A stretch of 26,563 bases of DNA. It comes from a virus (taxonomy: Duplodnaviria; Caudoviricetes). Shown here one piece after another: positions 1 through 9,406 of this stretch. The notes beneath the pieces were generated by a model. The model saw nothing but the letters and a program-made list of their open reading frames with translations. It made no database searches and was not told the DNA's origin. Within the stretch, counting starts at the first letter, position 1. Every line of letters starts with the position of its first letter. The translations under genes and the position numbers were made by a program. The DNA is taken from IMG/VR virus record IMGVR_UViG_3300028145_000042, positions 1 through 26,563 of that record; one strand, given 5' to 3'.

Positions 1-1341
1 ATGCAAGCCATCATCGAAACCAATAGGGGCTGTCCGTTCCCATGTAGTTTCTGCTATTGGGGACAAGGTGGGTTAAGCAGGAAGTATCGTTTTCACGGAG
101 TGGACAGGGTAAAACTTGAGATTGAATGGGCCGCGAAGAACAAGATCAAGTATTTATTCAACGCCGACTCAAACTTCGGGATGCACAAGCGCGACGAGGA
201 AATTGCACAGATATTGATTGATACCAAAGTCAAGTATGGATTTCCTGAGAAGTTTAGAACGTGCTTTGGAAAGAACTCGGACGAACGTATCTTTCAAATA
301 GCCTCAAAACTTCACGACGCAGATATGGAGAAGGGTATAACACTAGCCATTCAAAGCAACACGCCACAAGTGCTTAAAAATATCCAGAGGCAGAATATCA
401 AGATGGAAGCGTATCGCTCTCTCCAGACCAAGTTCAATGAAAAGAACGTGCCTGTCTATACGGAACTTATTTTGGGGCTTCCCGGTGAGACTGTAGAAAC
501 GTGGAAGCAAGGAATCGAGACTCTTTTACAGGCGGGTTTGAAGAACCAGCTATTCGTTTATCTATGTCAGGTATTTCCAAACACGGAAATGTCAGAGGTT
601 GAATATCAGCGTAAGTTCGGCATCAAGACTCTGCCGATTGAACTCAATGAGATTCACGGCGCTATCCATGAATCCGGTAACACCAAGGAATACGAGCATA
701 TCATCGTGACCACGGACGCCATGACGTTGGAAGACTGGAAGCAGATGGTGCTGTTCTCATGGCTCACGATGGTTCTTCACAGTCTAAAAGTCGGCTTTTT
801 CATCATGCTGTATCTGGCTAAACGGCATGGGCGGTCTTATACAGATTTCATTAGTCACGTTCTGAAGTCTGAAAAGCGCGCTATCAAAGCAGAGATAGCT
901 GAATTCAAGTGGCAGATAGACAGAATCCTTGCTGGTCATGGCAGGGGGCGCGAGATTGAGGGTTATGCTCCTATTTATTGGGACGAGGAAGAAGCCAGTT
1001 TCTTGCGGATTTCAGAGGACAGGTTCAGGTTCTATAACGACTTGTTTGATTGCGTTCAAGAGTTTCAGCATTGTGACTTTGAAGAACTGCAGGAGGTTGT
1101 TCGCTATCAGAAATTGAGAATACCGACTTTTGGCGAAACTGAATACCGGACTTGGTTTCGATGGAACGTAGTTGAGTATTTCGACAAGATTCTTAGCGAC
1201 AACCCGATTGAATTAACTCGCGTTCGTCAGATAGCCACATTCACTTCAAAGCCATTCAAAGATAAGAACCAATTTGCAAAGGAAACTCTGATGTGGGGCA
1301 GGAAAAGCGGCACGATCATGAATGAAGTGAGCTACCAATGA
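1..1341 (+). CDS. Radical SAM protein, probably cobalamin-dependent class; 5'-truncated by window edge
   Basis: ETNRGCPFPCSFC (CxxxCxxC) near the first residue, plus ADSNFG and ELILGLPGET motifs. An N-terminal B12-binding domain would lie upstream of the window (inference). Confidence 0.85.
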   Translation: MQAIIETNRGCPFPCSFCYWGQGGLSRKYRFHGVDRVKLEIEWAAKNKIKYLFNADSNFGMHKRDEEIAQILIDTKVKYGFPEKFRTCFGKNSDERIFQIASKLHDADMEKGITLAIQSNTPQVLKNIQRQNIKMEAYRSLQTKFNEKNVPVYTELILGLPGETVETWKQGIETLLQAGLKNQLFVYLCQVFPNTEMSEVEYQRKFGIKTLPIELNEIHGAIHESGNTKEYEHIIVTTDAMTLEDWKQMVLFSWLTMVLHSLKVGFFIMLYLAKRHGRSYTDFISHVLKSEKRAIKAEIAEFKWQIDRILAGHGRGREIEGYAPIYWDEEEASFLRISEDRFRFYNDLFDCVQEFQHCDFEELQEVVRYQKLRIPTFGETEYRTWFRWNVVEYFDKILSDNPIELTRVRQIATFTSKPFKDKNQFAKETLMWGRKSGTIMNEVSYQ

Positions 1342-2285
1342 AGGGTCTTTTCATCGTCACTCGCACAAACGAGATGCACAAGCATTACGAGTCCTTTACA
1401 TGTCTTGGTAATGAAGTAAAGCTCTACACCTACGACCATAGGGCTGACCTTAACAAGTGGGCTAAGGGTGCGGCACTGGACGAGGAAGTTCTGGCGGCTG
1501 TTAAAGACTACTCCCCGGACATAATCGTTTATGTAGGAGCCTGTAAGGGCAATTCGCCTTCCCCGGCGTGTTTCAAATCTCTGCGAGACTTCGCGCCTAC
1601 CGTTCATTTCTGTTCGGATGCTGCTGATGAACCGTGGTGGGAGGAATTGATAATCTTTGATAAGGCTGGTTCGTTCAACGTGCAGGTAGCGTTGGACGGG
1701 AATAAAAACTGGCCTTTGCACAACACTCAAATAACCGCCTTGACCCCTATCGACCCGGCTTGCTTTCCGAATCCTCCAACCCCGCACGCTGACAGGTCGG
1801 TATATTTCGGCTTTGCTGGAAACGTTGGGAGTGTAAGCAAGCTCAAAGATGGCCGCGTAGTAGGCAGGAGACCTTTGGTAGCGGCTATGATGCAGTTCGG
1901 GCTTCAGGTCAGGCAGAGAGACCACGAATCCTTTAAAGACACCTACCCACAAGCGGCTAAATACATGGCTGACTGCCGCATAACCCCTAACTTTCCTGCT
2001 ACTGGTTCTTATGACCGGATGCACGTTAAGGGGAGAGTGGTTGAAACTGGTTTAGCGGGAGCGATGTTGCTGGAACAGGCCGGTTCTCCAACCCCCGATT
2101 GGTTTGAAAAAGGAGTTGATTACCTTGAATGGACGACGATGGATGAGGCAAAAGCAATAGTCGATAAATACATTCGACTACCAGATGAAACTCAAGCCTT
2201 TGGTGAGAGGTTGAGAGCCAAAGTCATGGCGAAACATAGTCCAGAAGTGTTTTGGGGAAATATCTTCCAAAGGTGCGGTCTTTGA
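1338..2285 (+). CDS. GT-B glycosyltransferase, CgeB/Glyco_trans_1_2-like
   Basis: C-terminal FAG...KGRVVETGLAGAMLLEQ...WFEKGVDYLEW...LRAKVMAKHS pattern; ATGA overlap with the upstream gene. Confidence 0.7.
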   Translation: MKGLFIVTRTNEMHKHYESFTCLGNEVKLYTYDHRADLNKWAKGAALDEEVLAAVKDYSPDIIVYVGACKGNSPSPACFKSLRDFAPTVHFCSDAADEPWWEELIIFDKAGSFNVQVALDGNKNWPLHNTQITALTPIDPACFPNPPTPHADRSVYFGFAGNVGSVSKLKDGRVVGRRPLVAAMMQFGLQVRQRDHESFKDTYPQAAKYMADCRITPNFPATGSYDRMHVKGRVVETGLAGAMLLEQAGSPTPDWFEKGVDYLEWTTMDEAKAIVDKYIRLPDETQAFGERLRAKVMAKHSPEVFWGNIFQRCGL

Positions 2286-3247
2286 AAGCATTGTTCGTTA
2301 CGACTGAGACCAACGAGGTTCCGAAGTATGCTCAGTCCTTTGAGTCTGTTAATGGGAATGAGGCAGACAGGTTCGTTTTCACGCACAGAAGGAAACAGGC
2401 GCAAACGCAAGAAATGCTGGATAACGATGTTATCCTAGCGGCGAAAGAATCAATGCCGCAAGTAATCGTTTATCTAGGGGCGTGCGCTGGTTACATCCCG
2501 TCCCCCGAAGTCTTCGCTAAACTGAAATCCGAGATAGCGCCTACGGTTTTGATGTGTTCGGATGCCGGGGACGCGAATAACTCGCCTTGGGGCGCTTTGC
2601 TGAAGGTCTATGACCAAGCAGACTCTTTCAATGTCGTTGTAGCAATCGACGGACGAAAAGATTGGGAGTTTTCTGACAGACACATTACCGAATTGACCCC
2701 TATTGATTACAAACTGTTCAGAAACCCGCCGACCCCGCATAAAGACAGGGAAATGAAGTTCGGGTTTGCAGGGAACATCGGTAGCCATAGGGTTACTAGA
2801 TTCGGCAAGCATCATCCGACCCCGCGCCGGTTCTGGTTGGAGCACATGGCTAATAACTGCGGGCTGCTATGCAGGAACAGGAGTGACACCTACGCCAGCG
2901 ATGCTGACGAAACCTATAAGCAATGCGTAGACTTCCTTTGCGACTCACGGATAACCCCGAATTTCTGCGAGACAGGTTCGCATGAAATGACCCACGTTAA
3001 GGGGCGTGTAATAGAGGTCGGGCTAGCCGGAGGGTGTTTACTTGAACAGAAGGGGTCTCCAACTTGCAATTGGTTTGAGAGTGGGGTAGATTATTTGGAG
3101 TGGGAATTTATACAGGACGTTGAACAGATTTTAGAGCGTCTTGACGACCCGGAAGAATCTCAACAGTTTGGGACGAGGCTACGTGAAAAGGTATTGGCTA
3201 ACCACACGCCAGAGAAATTCTGGTCTCGCGTAATGGCGAGATTGTGA
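2282..3247 (+). CDS. GT-B glycosyltransferase, tandem paralog of 1338..2285
   Basis: Colinear similarity to the previous ORF (FGFAGNIGS, RITPNF, HVKGRVIEVGLAG, WFESGVDYLEW). Start moved to TTG 2282 because of the TTGA overlap and because it aligns with the paralog N-terminus. Confidence 0.7.
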   Translation: MKALFVTTETNEVPKYAQSFESVNGNEADRFVFTHRRKQAQTQEMLDNDVILAAKESMPQVIVYLGACAGYIPSPEVFAKLKSEIAPTVLMCSDAGDANNSPWGALLKVYDQADSFNVVVAIDGRKDWEFSDRHITELTPIDYKLFRNPPTPHKDREMKFGFAGNIGSHRVTRFGKHHPTPRRFWLEHMANNCGLLCRNRSDTYASDADETYKQCVDFLCDSRITPNFCETGSHEMTHVKGRVIEVGLAGGCLLEQKGSPTCNWFESGVDYLEWEFIQDVEQILERLDDPEESQQFGTRLREKVLANHTPEKFWSRVMARL

Positions 3248-3852
3248 TATTCCTTCAGTCCAGAAAGCGCCGCCAGAGCCTTGAGCGGTTCTTTTCCTTC
3301 TCCAAACCTACTGAACGCGGTTGCGTCTTAATTGACGACGACGACGACTCCTACGAAGGCATGTCTTTACCTGCCGGATGGGGTTTTCACCAAGCGCCTA
3401 GAGCCAGCGTTGTAATCATCCTGAACCGGGCCTTCCAAGCCTATCCCAATGAACCGTACTACGCGCAAATAGGCGACGATTACGTTTGCCAGCCGGAAGG
3501 ATGGGACAAAGTACTCGGGGACGCTTGCGGGAGCCACAATATCGCATGGGGGGACGATGGGCGGTTCGGGCCGAAGCTATGTACCTCCTTTTTCGTTGGC
3601 GGCGATCTGGTGCGTAAATTGGGCTTTATAGCGCACCCTTCTTTCGGCCATCTGTACGTCGATACCGTCTGGTGGTCGATAGCTAAAGGTGCTGGTATAG
3701 GGCGCTACCATCCTGAAATATCAACCAAGCACTTGAAGCTGATTGATAAGACCTATCACGAACGGACTGTTCAGGGTGATTACGAGACATTCAACAAGTT
3801 AAGGGAGAAGGAATTGAGCGAACTTATCAACATAGCGGTGAGCCTGAAATGA
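3244..3852 (+). CDS. GT-A (GT2-like) phage glycosyltransferase
   Basis: IDDDD, IGDDY (DxD-like), GWD, GDDG and HLYVD motifs typical of small phage GT2-like proteins; GTGA overlap. Confidence 0.6.
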   Translation: MIFLQSRKRRQSLERFFSFSKPTERGCVLIDDDDDSYEGMSLPAGWGFHQAPRASVVIILNRAFQAYPNEPYYAQIGDDYVCQPEGWDKVLGDACGSHNIAWGDDGRFGPKLCTSFFVGGDLVRKLGFIAHPSFGHLYVDTVWWSIAKGAGIGRYHPEISTKHLKLIDKTYHERTVQGDYETFNKLREKELSELINIAVSLK

Positions 3853-4253
3853 GGAAGTACCTTCCGACTCTAGCCGACCTGATAGACCGCATGAGTATCT
3901 GCCAGCTAAAGGAGATATTCATTCCAGACCAACGCCAAGCCTACAAGGATGAAATATCACTTATCAAGCATGACATTGACCTGATTTTGTCGGAGCGCAG
4001 GTTAAACGCGACTCAGGTTCATGCAATCATGGTCATCATGCTGACGAATCGCTACATATGGGAGAACGAATCCAAGGCTCGGCAAGGCGGTTCGGAACAG
4101 GACAAGCTCTTAAAACTGACGCATAGCATTAACGGAGTCAGGAACACGGCCAAGAATGTGTTGAGCCATGAAAGCGACGAGCGCGTTGACCTGAAGATAG
4201 ACTGTTTCTCCGCTGAGTTAATCGAAGAATTTGGGCATTGGGACATATTTTGA
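3849..4253 (+). CDS. Small helical protein of sugar-biosynthesis clusters (DUF6165-like)
   Basis: LADLIDRMSICQLK...N..IWENE...NGVRN pattern; translationally coupled at both ends. Confidence 0.5.
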   Translation: MRKYLPTLADLIDRMSICQLKEIFIPDQRQAYKDEISLIKHDIDLILSERRLNATQVHAIMVIMLTNRYIWENESKARQGGSEQDKLLKLTHSINGVRNTAKNVLSHESDERVDLKIDCFSAELIEEFGHWDIF

Positions 4254-5218
4254 GGGTTCTAGTTACCGGCGCGACTGGCATGGTGGGGAGTCACCTGATT
4301 GACTACCTGCTCGCCAATACGGATTGGGAAATCTATGGCCTGATTCGCTGGCGCTCGCCATTAGACAATCTTGAGCATATCCTGAACAAGATTAAGTTTG
4401 TCTATGGCGATATTCGGGACGACGTTGCATTGAGAAATGCAATTACTCTCGCTAGACCTGATTATGTTTTTCACTTGGCTGCTCAGTCCTATCCAAAAAC
4501 GTCGTTCGATTCACCTTGCGACACGCTGGATACTAATATTCAAGGGACTGTCCGATTACTTGAGGCGCTTCGAGGACATTTCTGCACCATTCACGTTTGT
4601 TCATCTTCGGAAGTCTATGGGCGCACCAAGATAACGCCAATCACCGAAGGCCACGCTTTCCATCCTGCAAGCCCGTATGCAATAAGCAAGGTCGGAGCCG
4701 ACCTGATAGCTCGGCATTACGCTGAAGCCTATGGCATGAACATAATGACTACGCGCATGTTCACACACACAGGCCCGCGCCGTGGGGATGTATTCATGGA
4801 GTCCACATTTGCCAAGCAAATAGCGATGGCAGAATCTGGACAAATACCGCCAGTGATTAAGGTTGGGAATCTTGAGTCCGTGAGAACGATAGCCGATGTT
4901 CGGGACGCCGTTAGAGCGTATTACATGCTGCTGACAGTCAATCCGCAACGCGGAGAGGTTTACAATATCGGCGGGAATTACACCTGTAAGGTTGACAATA
5001 TCCTTGCGACTTTGCTTGCCTTATCTTCAACCCGAATGGAGGTTGAAGTAGACCAAGAAAGGTTACGTCCGATAGACGCCGATAACCAAGTTCCAGACTG
5101 CTCAAAATTCATGAATCATACCGGATGGAAGCCAGAGATACCGTTTGAAAAGACCATGATTGACTTGCTCAACTACTGGAGGGAACGTGTCAAAAAACAC
5201 GCTCATCTGACGCGATGA
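4250..5218 (+). CDS. gmd: GDP-mannose 4,6-dehydratase family SDR
   Basis: TGATGMVGSHL Rossmann motif, HLAAQS, SSSEVYG, SPYAISK (YxxxK), FTHTGPRRG, GNL..VR. TTG start inferred from TTGA overlap. Confidence 0.8.
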   Translation: MRVLVTGATGMVGSHLIDYLLANTDWEIYGLIRWRSPLDNLEHILNKIKFVYGDIRDDVALRNAITLARPDYVFHLAAQSYPKTSFDSPCDTLDTNIQGTVRLLEALRGHFCTIHVCSSSEVYGRTKITPITEGHAFHPASPYAISKVGADLIARHYAEAYGMNIMTTRMFTHTGPRRGDVFMESTFAKQIAMAESGQIPPVIKVGNLESVRTIADVRDAVRAYYMLLTVNPQRGEVYNIGGNYTCKVDNILATLLALSSTRMEVEVDQERLRPIDADNQVPDCSKFMNHTGWKPEIPFEKTMIDLLNYWRERVKKHAHLTR

Positions 5219-6324
5219 AATATCCGCTAGTAAATCAGTCTTGGGGGCCAGAGGAACGCGAGGCCATTTTAGAGGTTGTTGATTCTGGACGCTTGACTAT
5301 GGGGAGCAAGGTCAAAGATTTTGAGGCCGAGTTCGCCAAATATGTAGGCTCCAAGCACGCGATCATGGTCAACTCAGGGTCTTCGGCTAATTTGGTTGCT
5401 GCTGCCGCTTTCCGTTATCACCCGAAAGCGCCTATCCGCGATGGCGACGAAGCGATAGTTCCCGCAATCGGCTGGTCAACGACCTATAGCCCGTTCCAGA
5501 ATCTTAAACTCAAAGTGATTGACGTAGAGCTAGACACGCTGAATATGAATGTCAGTGAGTTAGGTTCTGCGATGCGTGTAAACACCAAACTAATAGTAGG
5601 AGTAAGCGTACTTGGAAACCCCGCACGACTGGACAAAATGCGCGAGTTCGCAGACGAACACGGTATATGGTTTCTTGAAGACAACTGCGAGAGCATGGGG
5701 GCTACGCTTAACGGAAAGCAATGCGGGACGTTCGGAGACATTGGGACATACTCAATGTTCTTCAGTCACCACCTGAACACTACTGAAGGCGGCATGATCG
5801 TTACGGACAACGATATTCTATACGAGTTATGCCTGATGCTTCGGGAGCATGGTTGGGACAGGTGCATTAAACCGGACGGTGGCTTCTATAACTTCGTCGT
5901 TCCGGGTTTCAATGTCAGACCGACAGAAATAGCCGGTGCTGTTGGCTTGGTTCAACTGAAGAAACTGGATAAAGACTTGGAGGTTCGACGGGCTAATGCA
6001 AAAGTATTCAGGACTGCATTTGGTGGCGACGAGAGATTCATAACACAGCGCGAGCATGGGAATAGCTCTTGGTTCTCGTTCACTATGATTTCTCGCAAAG
6101 ACAGAAACCCGTTTATCCGCAAGATGGACGATGCGGGGGTTGAGTGCAGGAGTATTTGCGGGGGTTGTTTTGCAGAACATCCGGTTGCAGACAAATACAA
6201 CTGGTCGGTAAGTGGGGCATTGAAAAACGCCAATGCAGCGCATCATGACGGATGGTTTGTTGGAAACTGCGGGCGCGATCTGACAGCGGAAATCAATCAT
6301 CTGAAGGACGCGCTATGGACGTAA
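5215..6324 (+). CDS. colD: GDP-4-keto-6-deoxy-D-mannose 3-dehydratase (DegT/StrS fold, ColD type)
   Basis: NSGSSANL, WSTTY, LGNP, LEDNCESMGA, FSHHLNTTEGG (His at the usual PLP-Lys position), PGFNVRP and SSWF closely match ColD/WbdK as recalled. Confidence 0.8.
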   Translation: MKYPLVNQSWGPEEREAILEVVDSGRLTMGSKVKDFEAEFAKYVGSKHAIMVNSGSSANLVAAAAFRYHPKAPIRDGDEAIVPAIGWSTTYSPFQNLKLKVIDVELDTLNMNVSELGSAMRVNTKLIVGVSVLGNPARLDKMREFADEHGIWFLEDNCESMGATLNGKQCGTFGDIGTYSMFFSHHLNTTEGGMIVTDNDILYELCLMLREHGWDRCIKPDGGFYNFVVPGFNVRPTEIAGAVGLVQLKKLDKDLEVRRANAKVFRTAFGGDERFITQREHGNSSWFSFTMISRKDRNPFIRKMDDAGVECRSICGGCFAEHPVADKYNWSVSGALKNANAAHHDGWFVGNCGRDLTAEINHLKDALWT

Positions 6325-7745
6325 TGTTTGTCAGTCCAGACTCTAGCCGCGAGGTCTATCAGTCGTTGGCTGACGATTACGCCGCTATAGAGCCGCCCGT
6401 TTGGTGCTTACTGCTGGCTGGCGCTTTAAGGCCCGAATACGAGGTAGGAATCCTTGACCCCCGCGCAGAAAGATTGGACGACCACGGCGCATGGCTTCGG
6501 ATTGCAAGGCATAGGCCGAAACTGATTTGCTTTGTAGTCTACGGGCAGAATCCGAACTCAGGCACTACCAACATGGCTGGCGCTGAGAGGCTTGCCAAAT
6601 ACATAAGGTTGATTGACGCCTTCACTCCCATAGCTTTCATTGGCCCTCACGCTTCGGCTTTACCAGAAGAATTACTGAAGTCCGAATACGTCAATTACGT
6701 TCTACCCGGCGATGGACTGGACGGGCTACGTCAGATTCTCAAAGAACCTGAAACCGGCGTGGTGCAGAAAAAGATTGTCTGGTCTGGTAAATCGGATTTC
6801 AAAGACTACGCTTGGGACTTGATACCGTCACTAGACCATTACCGCTGCCATGTGTGGCATTGCAATTTTGACGAATCCAAGCGTTCGCCGTTTGCTGCGA
6901 TTTACACTTCGTTGGGATGCCCGTTCAAGTGCGATTTCTGCATGATAAACATGGTCAACCGGGAAAGCCCGGAACAGTTAGACGCCGCCCAAGCATCCGG
7001 TATTCGTTATTTCGATCATGATTTCATATTGGGAGAACTCGAATACCTGTATAGCAAGGGCGTAAGGAACGTGCGTATTCAAGATGAAATGTTCTTCCTA
7101 AACAAAAATCATTATGTTCCATTGCTACTAGGAATAATAGATAGATGTATCCCGCTTAACCTATGGGCTTATGCTCGAGTGGATACAGTGAGGAAAGATT
7201 ATCTTGGTCTATTCAAGGCCGCTGGAGTAAATTGGTTATGCCTTGGTATTGAGTCTTCAAACCAGATTATACGGCGCGAGATTTCCAAAGGGTCTTTCGA
7301 GGAAGTGGACGTAAGGCAGGTTTGCAAGGAAATTCAGGACGCCGGTATCAACGTGCTGGCTAACTTTATCTTCGGATTGCCTGATGATGATATGGCGTCA
7401 ATGCAAGCAACTTTAGACTTGGCAAAGGAACTCAATGCGGAACATACGAACTTTTACCCCTGCATGGCGCTTCCCGGCACTCCGCTATATCGTCAGGCGG
7501 TTGCTAATGGTACTGCTCTGCCGGATAAATTCTCCGGTTACAGCTTTCATTCTGAGGATTGCCTGCCCCTACCGACCAAGCATTGCACAGCCGCAGAAGT
7601 GTTGGCCTTCAGGGATAAGGCATGGGAAGAAGTTTCACTTAACCCTAATTACCTGAAAATGATTGATGAGCGGTTCGGAACGGCATCGCGTATTCAGGAA
7701 CAAGCCAAGACTAAACTGAGAAGAAAAATACTGGAGAAAGCATGA
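6315..7745 (+). CDS. B12-binding domain radical SAM protein
   Basis: N-terminal PPVW..LLA...GPHASALP region, TSLGCPFKCDFC, DEMF, YARVD, LGIES and FIFGLPDD motifs. Start ATG 6315 follows GAAGGA. Confidence 0.85.
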   Translation: MDVMFVSPDSSREVYQSLADDYAAIEPPVWCLLLAGALRPEYEVGILDPRAERLDDHGAWLRIARHRPKLICFVVYGQNPNSGTTNMAGAERLAKYIRLIDAFTPIAFIGPHASALPEELLKSEYVNYVLPGDGLDGLRQILKEPETGVVQKKIVWSGKSDFKDYAWDLIPSLDHYRCHVWHCNFDESKRSPFAAIYTSLGCPFKCDFCMINMVNRESPEQLDAAQASGIRYFDHDFILGELEYLYSKGVRNVRIQDEMFFLNKNHYVPLLLGIIDRCIPLNLWAYARVDTVRKDYLGLFKAAGVNWLCLGIESSNQIIRREISKGSFEEVDVRQVCKEIQDAGINVLANFIFGLPDDDMASMQATLDLAKELNAEHTNFYPCMALPGTPLYRQAVANGTALPDKFSGYSFHSEDCLPLPTKHCTAAEVLAFRDKAWEEVSLNPNYLKMIDERFGTASRIQEQAKTKLRRKILEKA

Positions 7746-7969
7746 AAGACCTCCCGCTGCCCCCATGCTTACAAAAGGATATAACGGATGCTGTAATGGC
7801 AAACGTTGCAGATACGGAGCCTCATTTTACCTACAGCCACTTGTGGCCGTTCACTTTAACTACTTCCACTACTAAATATGGCTCAAAAACATTCACTCTA
7901 GAATTTAGAATAATGAGGAAGTTTTCATTCCACATAGGATTTTTTTGGAAAAGCGAAAATGCTACCTGA
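7742..7969 (+). CDS. Hypothetical protein (75 aa)
   Basis: Fills the gap exactly and overlaps both neighbours; no recognisable motif. Confidence 0.5.
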   Translation: MKDLPLPPCLQKDITDAVMANVADTEPHFTYSHLWPFTLTTSTTKYGSKTFTLEFRIMRKFSFHIGFFWKSENAT

Positions 7970-8561
7970 AACTCTCAGAGAACGCTGCGTAGCCTTACTC
8001 ACGCAAGCCGATGACGGGCATCCCGGCTCAGTCATGTCATTGGTGGACTTCGTTGCCGATCTTGGCATCAAGGAGCGGCTGGTAATCAGCGAAGGCCATG
8101 CGGCTATGGTCGTTTACCCGTTGCTGCACGAAGCCGGTATTTTAACCGACGAAGACATATCCAATTTCCGCAAAGTCGGAGGTAGACTTACGATGTTCCC
8201 GCACAAGGGGATACCCGGAATCCTCTGCGGATGCGGCTCACTCGGTAACGGTATTGGCTACGCCTGTGGGCTGGCTATGGCTGACCCCTCACCGATTACC
8301 TGCATCATCAGCGAGGGCGAGTTATACGAGGGGGCTACTTGGGAAGCCCTGATGTTCGCTCGCCACTACAAGCTGAAAAATCTTCGCATCGTCATTAACA
8401 AGAATGACGCGATTATCATGGGCAAGCCTGAAGATTGCCTGTCTATCCCTTGGGACGCTTTAGAGCCTTTTGACTGCGAGGTTATCCAGACCGTCAAAGG
8501 TAAGGGCGTCCCGGCTTGGGAAGGCAAAGCCAGCAGTCATTATTGGAGCCGAATTTCATGA
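7959..8561 (+). CDS. Transketolase-like protein, N-terminal (TPP-binding) subunit
   Basis: GHPGSVMS, ISEGH, GSLGNG, SEGELYEG...WEA...N (GDG-x-N variant) and TVKGKG motifs. Confidence 0.85.
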   Translation: MLPETLRERCVALLTQADDGHPGSVMSLVDFVADLGIKERLVISEGHAAMVVYPLLHEAGILTDEDISNFRKVGGRLTMFPHKGIPGILCGCGSLGNGIGYACGLAMADPSPITCIISEGELYEGATWEALMFARHYKLKNLRIVINKNDAIIMGKPEDCLSIPWDALEPFDCEVIQTVKGKGVPAWEGKASSHYWSRIS

Positions 8562-9406
8562 CTCAACAGCGCGAAGCCTTCATAGAAGTTCTGTTCGAGG
8601 CGGCGAAGAAAGACCCTCGAATCATTTTCCTGTCGGCTGACTTTGGTTCTCCGAGTCTGGACGTATGGCGTAAAGAGTTACCGGCTCAGTTTGTGCATTG
8701 CGGCATCAGCGAGCAGAACATGATTAACGTCGCTGTCGGGCTGGCTTTGGCTGGCAAACGCCCGTTCGTGTTCGCCATGTCGCCATTCTTCCTGCGGGCC
8801 TACGAGCAACTGAAAATGGCTGCGATGCACCAAGTCCCCATTACGGTCATTTCCGTGGGCGCAGGGCTGTCCTATGCCGGTTCTGGCCCTACTCACTACG
8901 CCACTGAGGATATCGCCTGCTACCGGACTTTGGTGGGGGCGCAGCTTTACACCTGTTCGACCGTCAATCAGGCGAAACTGGTCGCCAAAGCCTCCTTGGT
9001 CACTCATGGGATGCTTATTGCAAGACTGGAGCGCGGGGAACTCCCTGAACTCTACCCGGAAATGGACGTTATCCACGGCTATGTCGCATTGCAGCAAACC
9101 AATGATGCTGCGCCAGCTATTGCTTGCGGCTACCTAGTCCATTGGCTGAAAAACAAGGGCTGGAACGTCATTGACCTTTACCGGATTAAGCCGATTTCGC
9201 CTCAATTAACGGCATTTTTGGGCCAATTTCCATATGTGCATACCTTTGAGGAACAGTATGCTGCTGGCGGCATGGGGGCTGCGGTGATGGAGGCCTTAGC
9301 TGACGCCGGTAAAAAGACCCTAGTAATCCGTAAAACGCTCCCTGACCGCCCGATCTACGAGAACGGGACTAGGGATGAACTCCTGAAGGCTGCATGGTCA
9401 CTATAG
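8558..9406 (+). CDS. Transketolase-like protein, C-terminal (pyrimidine-binding) subunit
   Basis: LSAD, GISEQNM, RAYEQ, GPTHYATED and EEQ...GGMG motifs; ATG 8558 overlaps the upstream TGA. Confidence 0.85.
   Translation: MTQQREAFIEVLFEAAKKDPRIIFLSADFGSPSLDVWRKELPAQFVHCGISEQNMINVAVGLALAGKRPFVFAMSPFFLRAYEQLKMAAMHQVPITVISVGAGLSYAGSGPTHYATEDIACYRTLVGAQLYTCSTVNQAKLVAKASLVTHGMLIARLERGELPELYPEMDVIHGYVALQQTNDAAPAIACGYLVHWLKNKGWNVIDLYRIKPISPQLTAFLGQFPYVHTFEEQYAAGGMGAAVMEALADAGKKTLVIRKTLPDRPIYENGTRDELLKAAWSL

Noticed and set aside
5215-6324. Perosamine synthase / sugar aminotransferase
   Set aside because: The Schiff-base Lys position is His (FSHH), as in ColD-type dehydratases.
7959-9406. Transketolase as a pentose-phosphate auxiliary metabolic gene
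   Set aside because: The split, shortened form embedded among nucleotide-sugar genes fits polysaccharide-cluster TK-like enzymes better.
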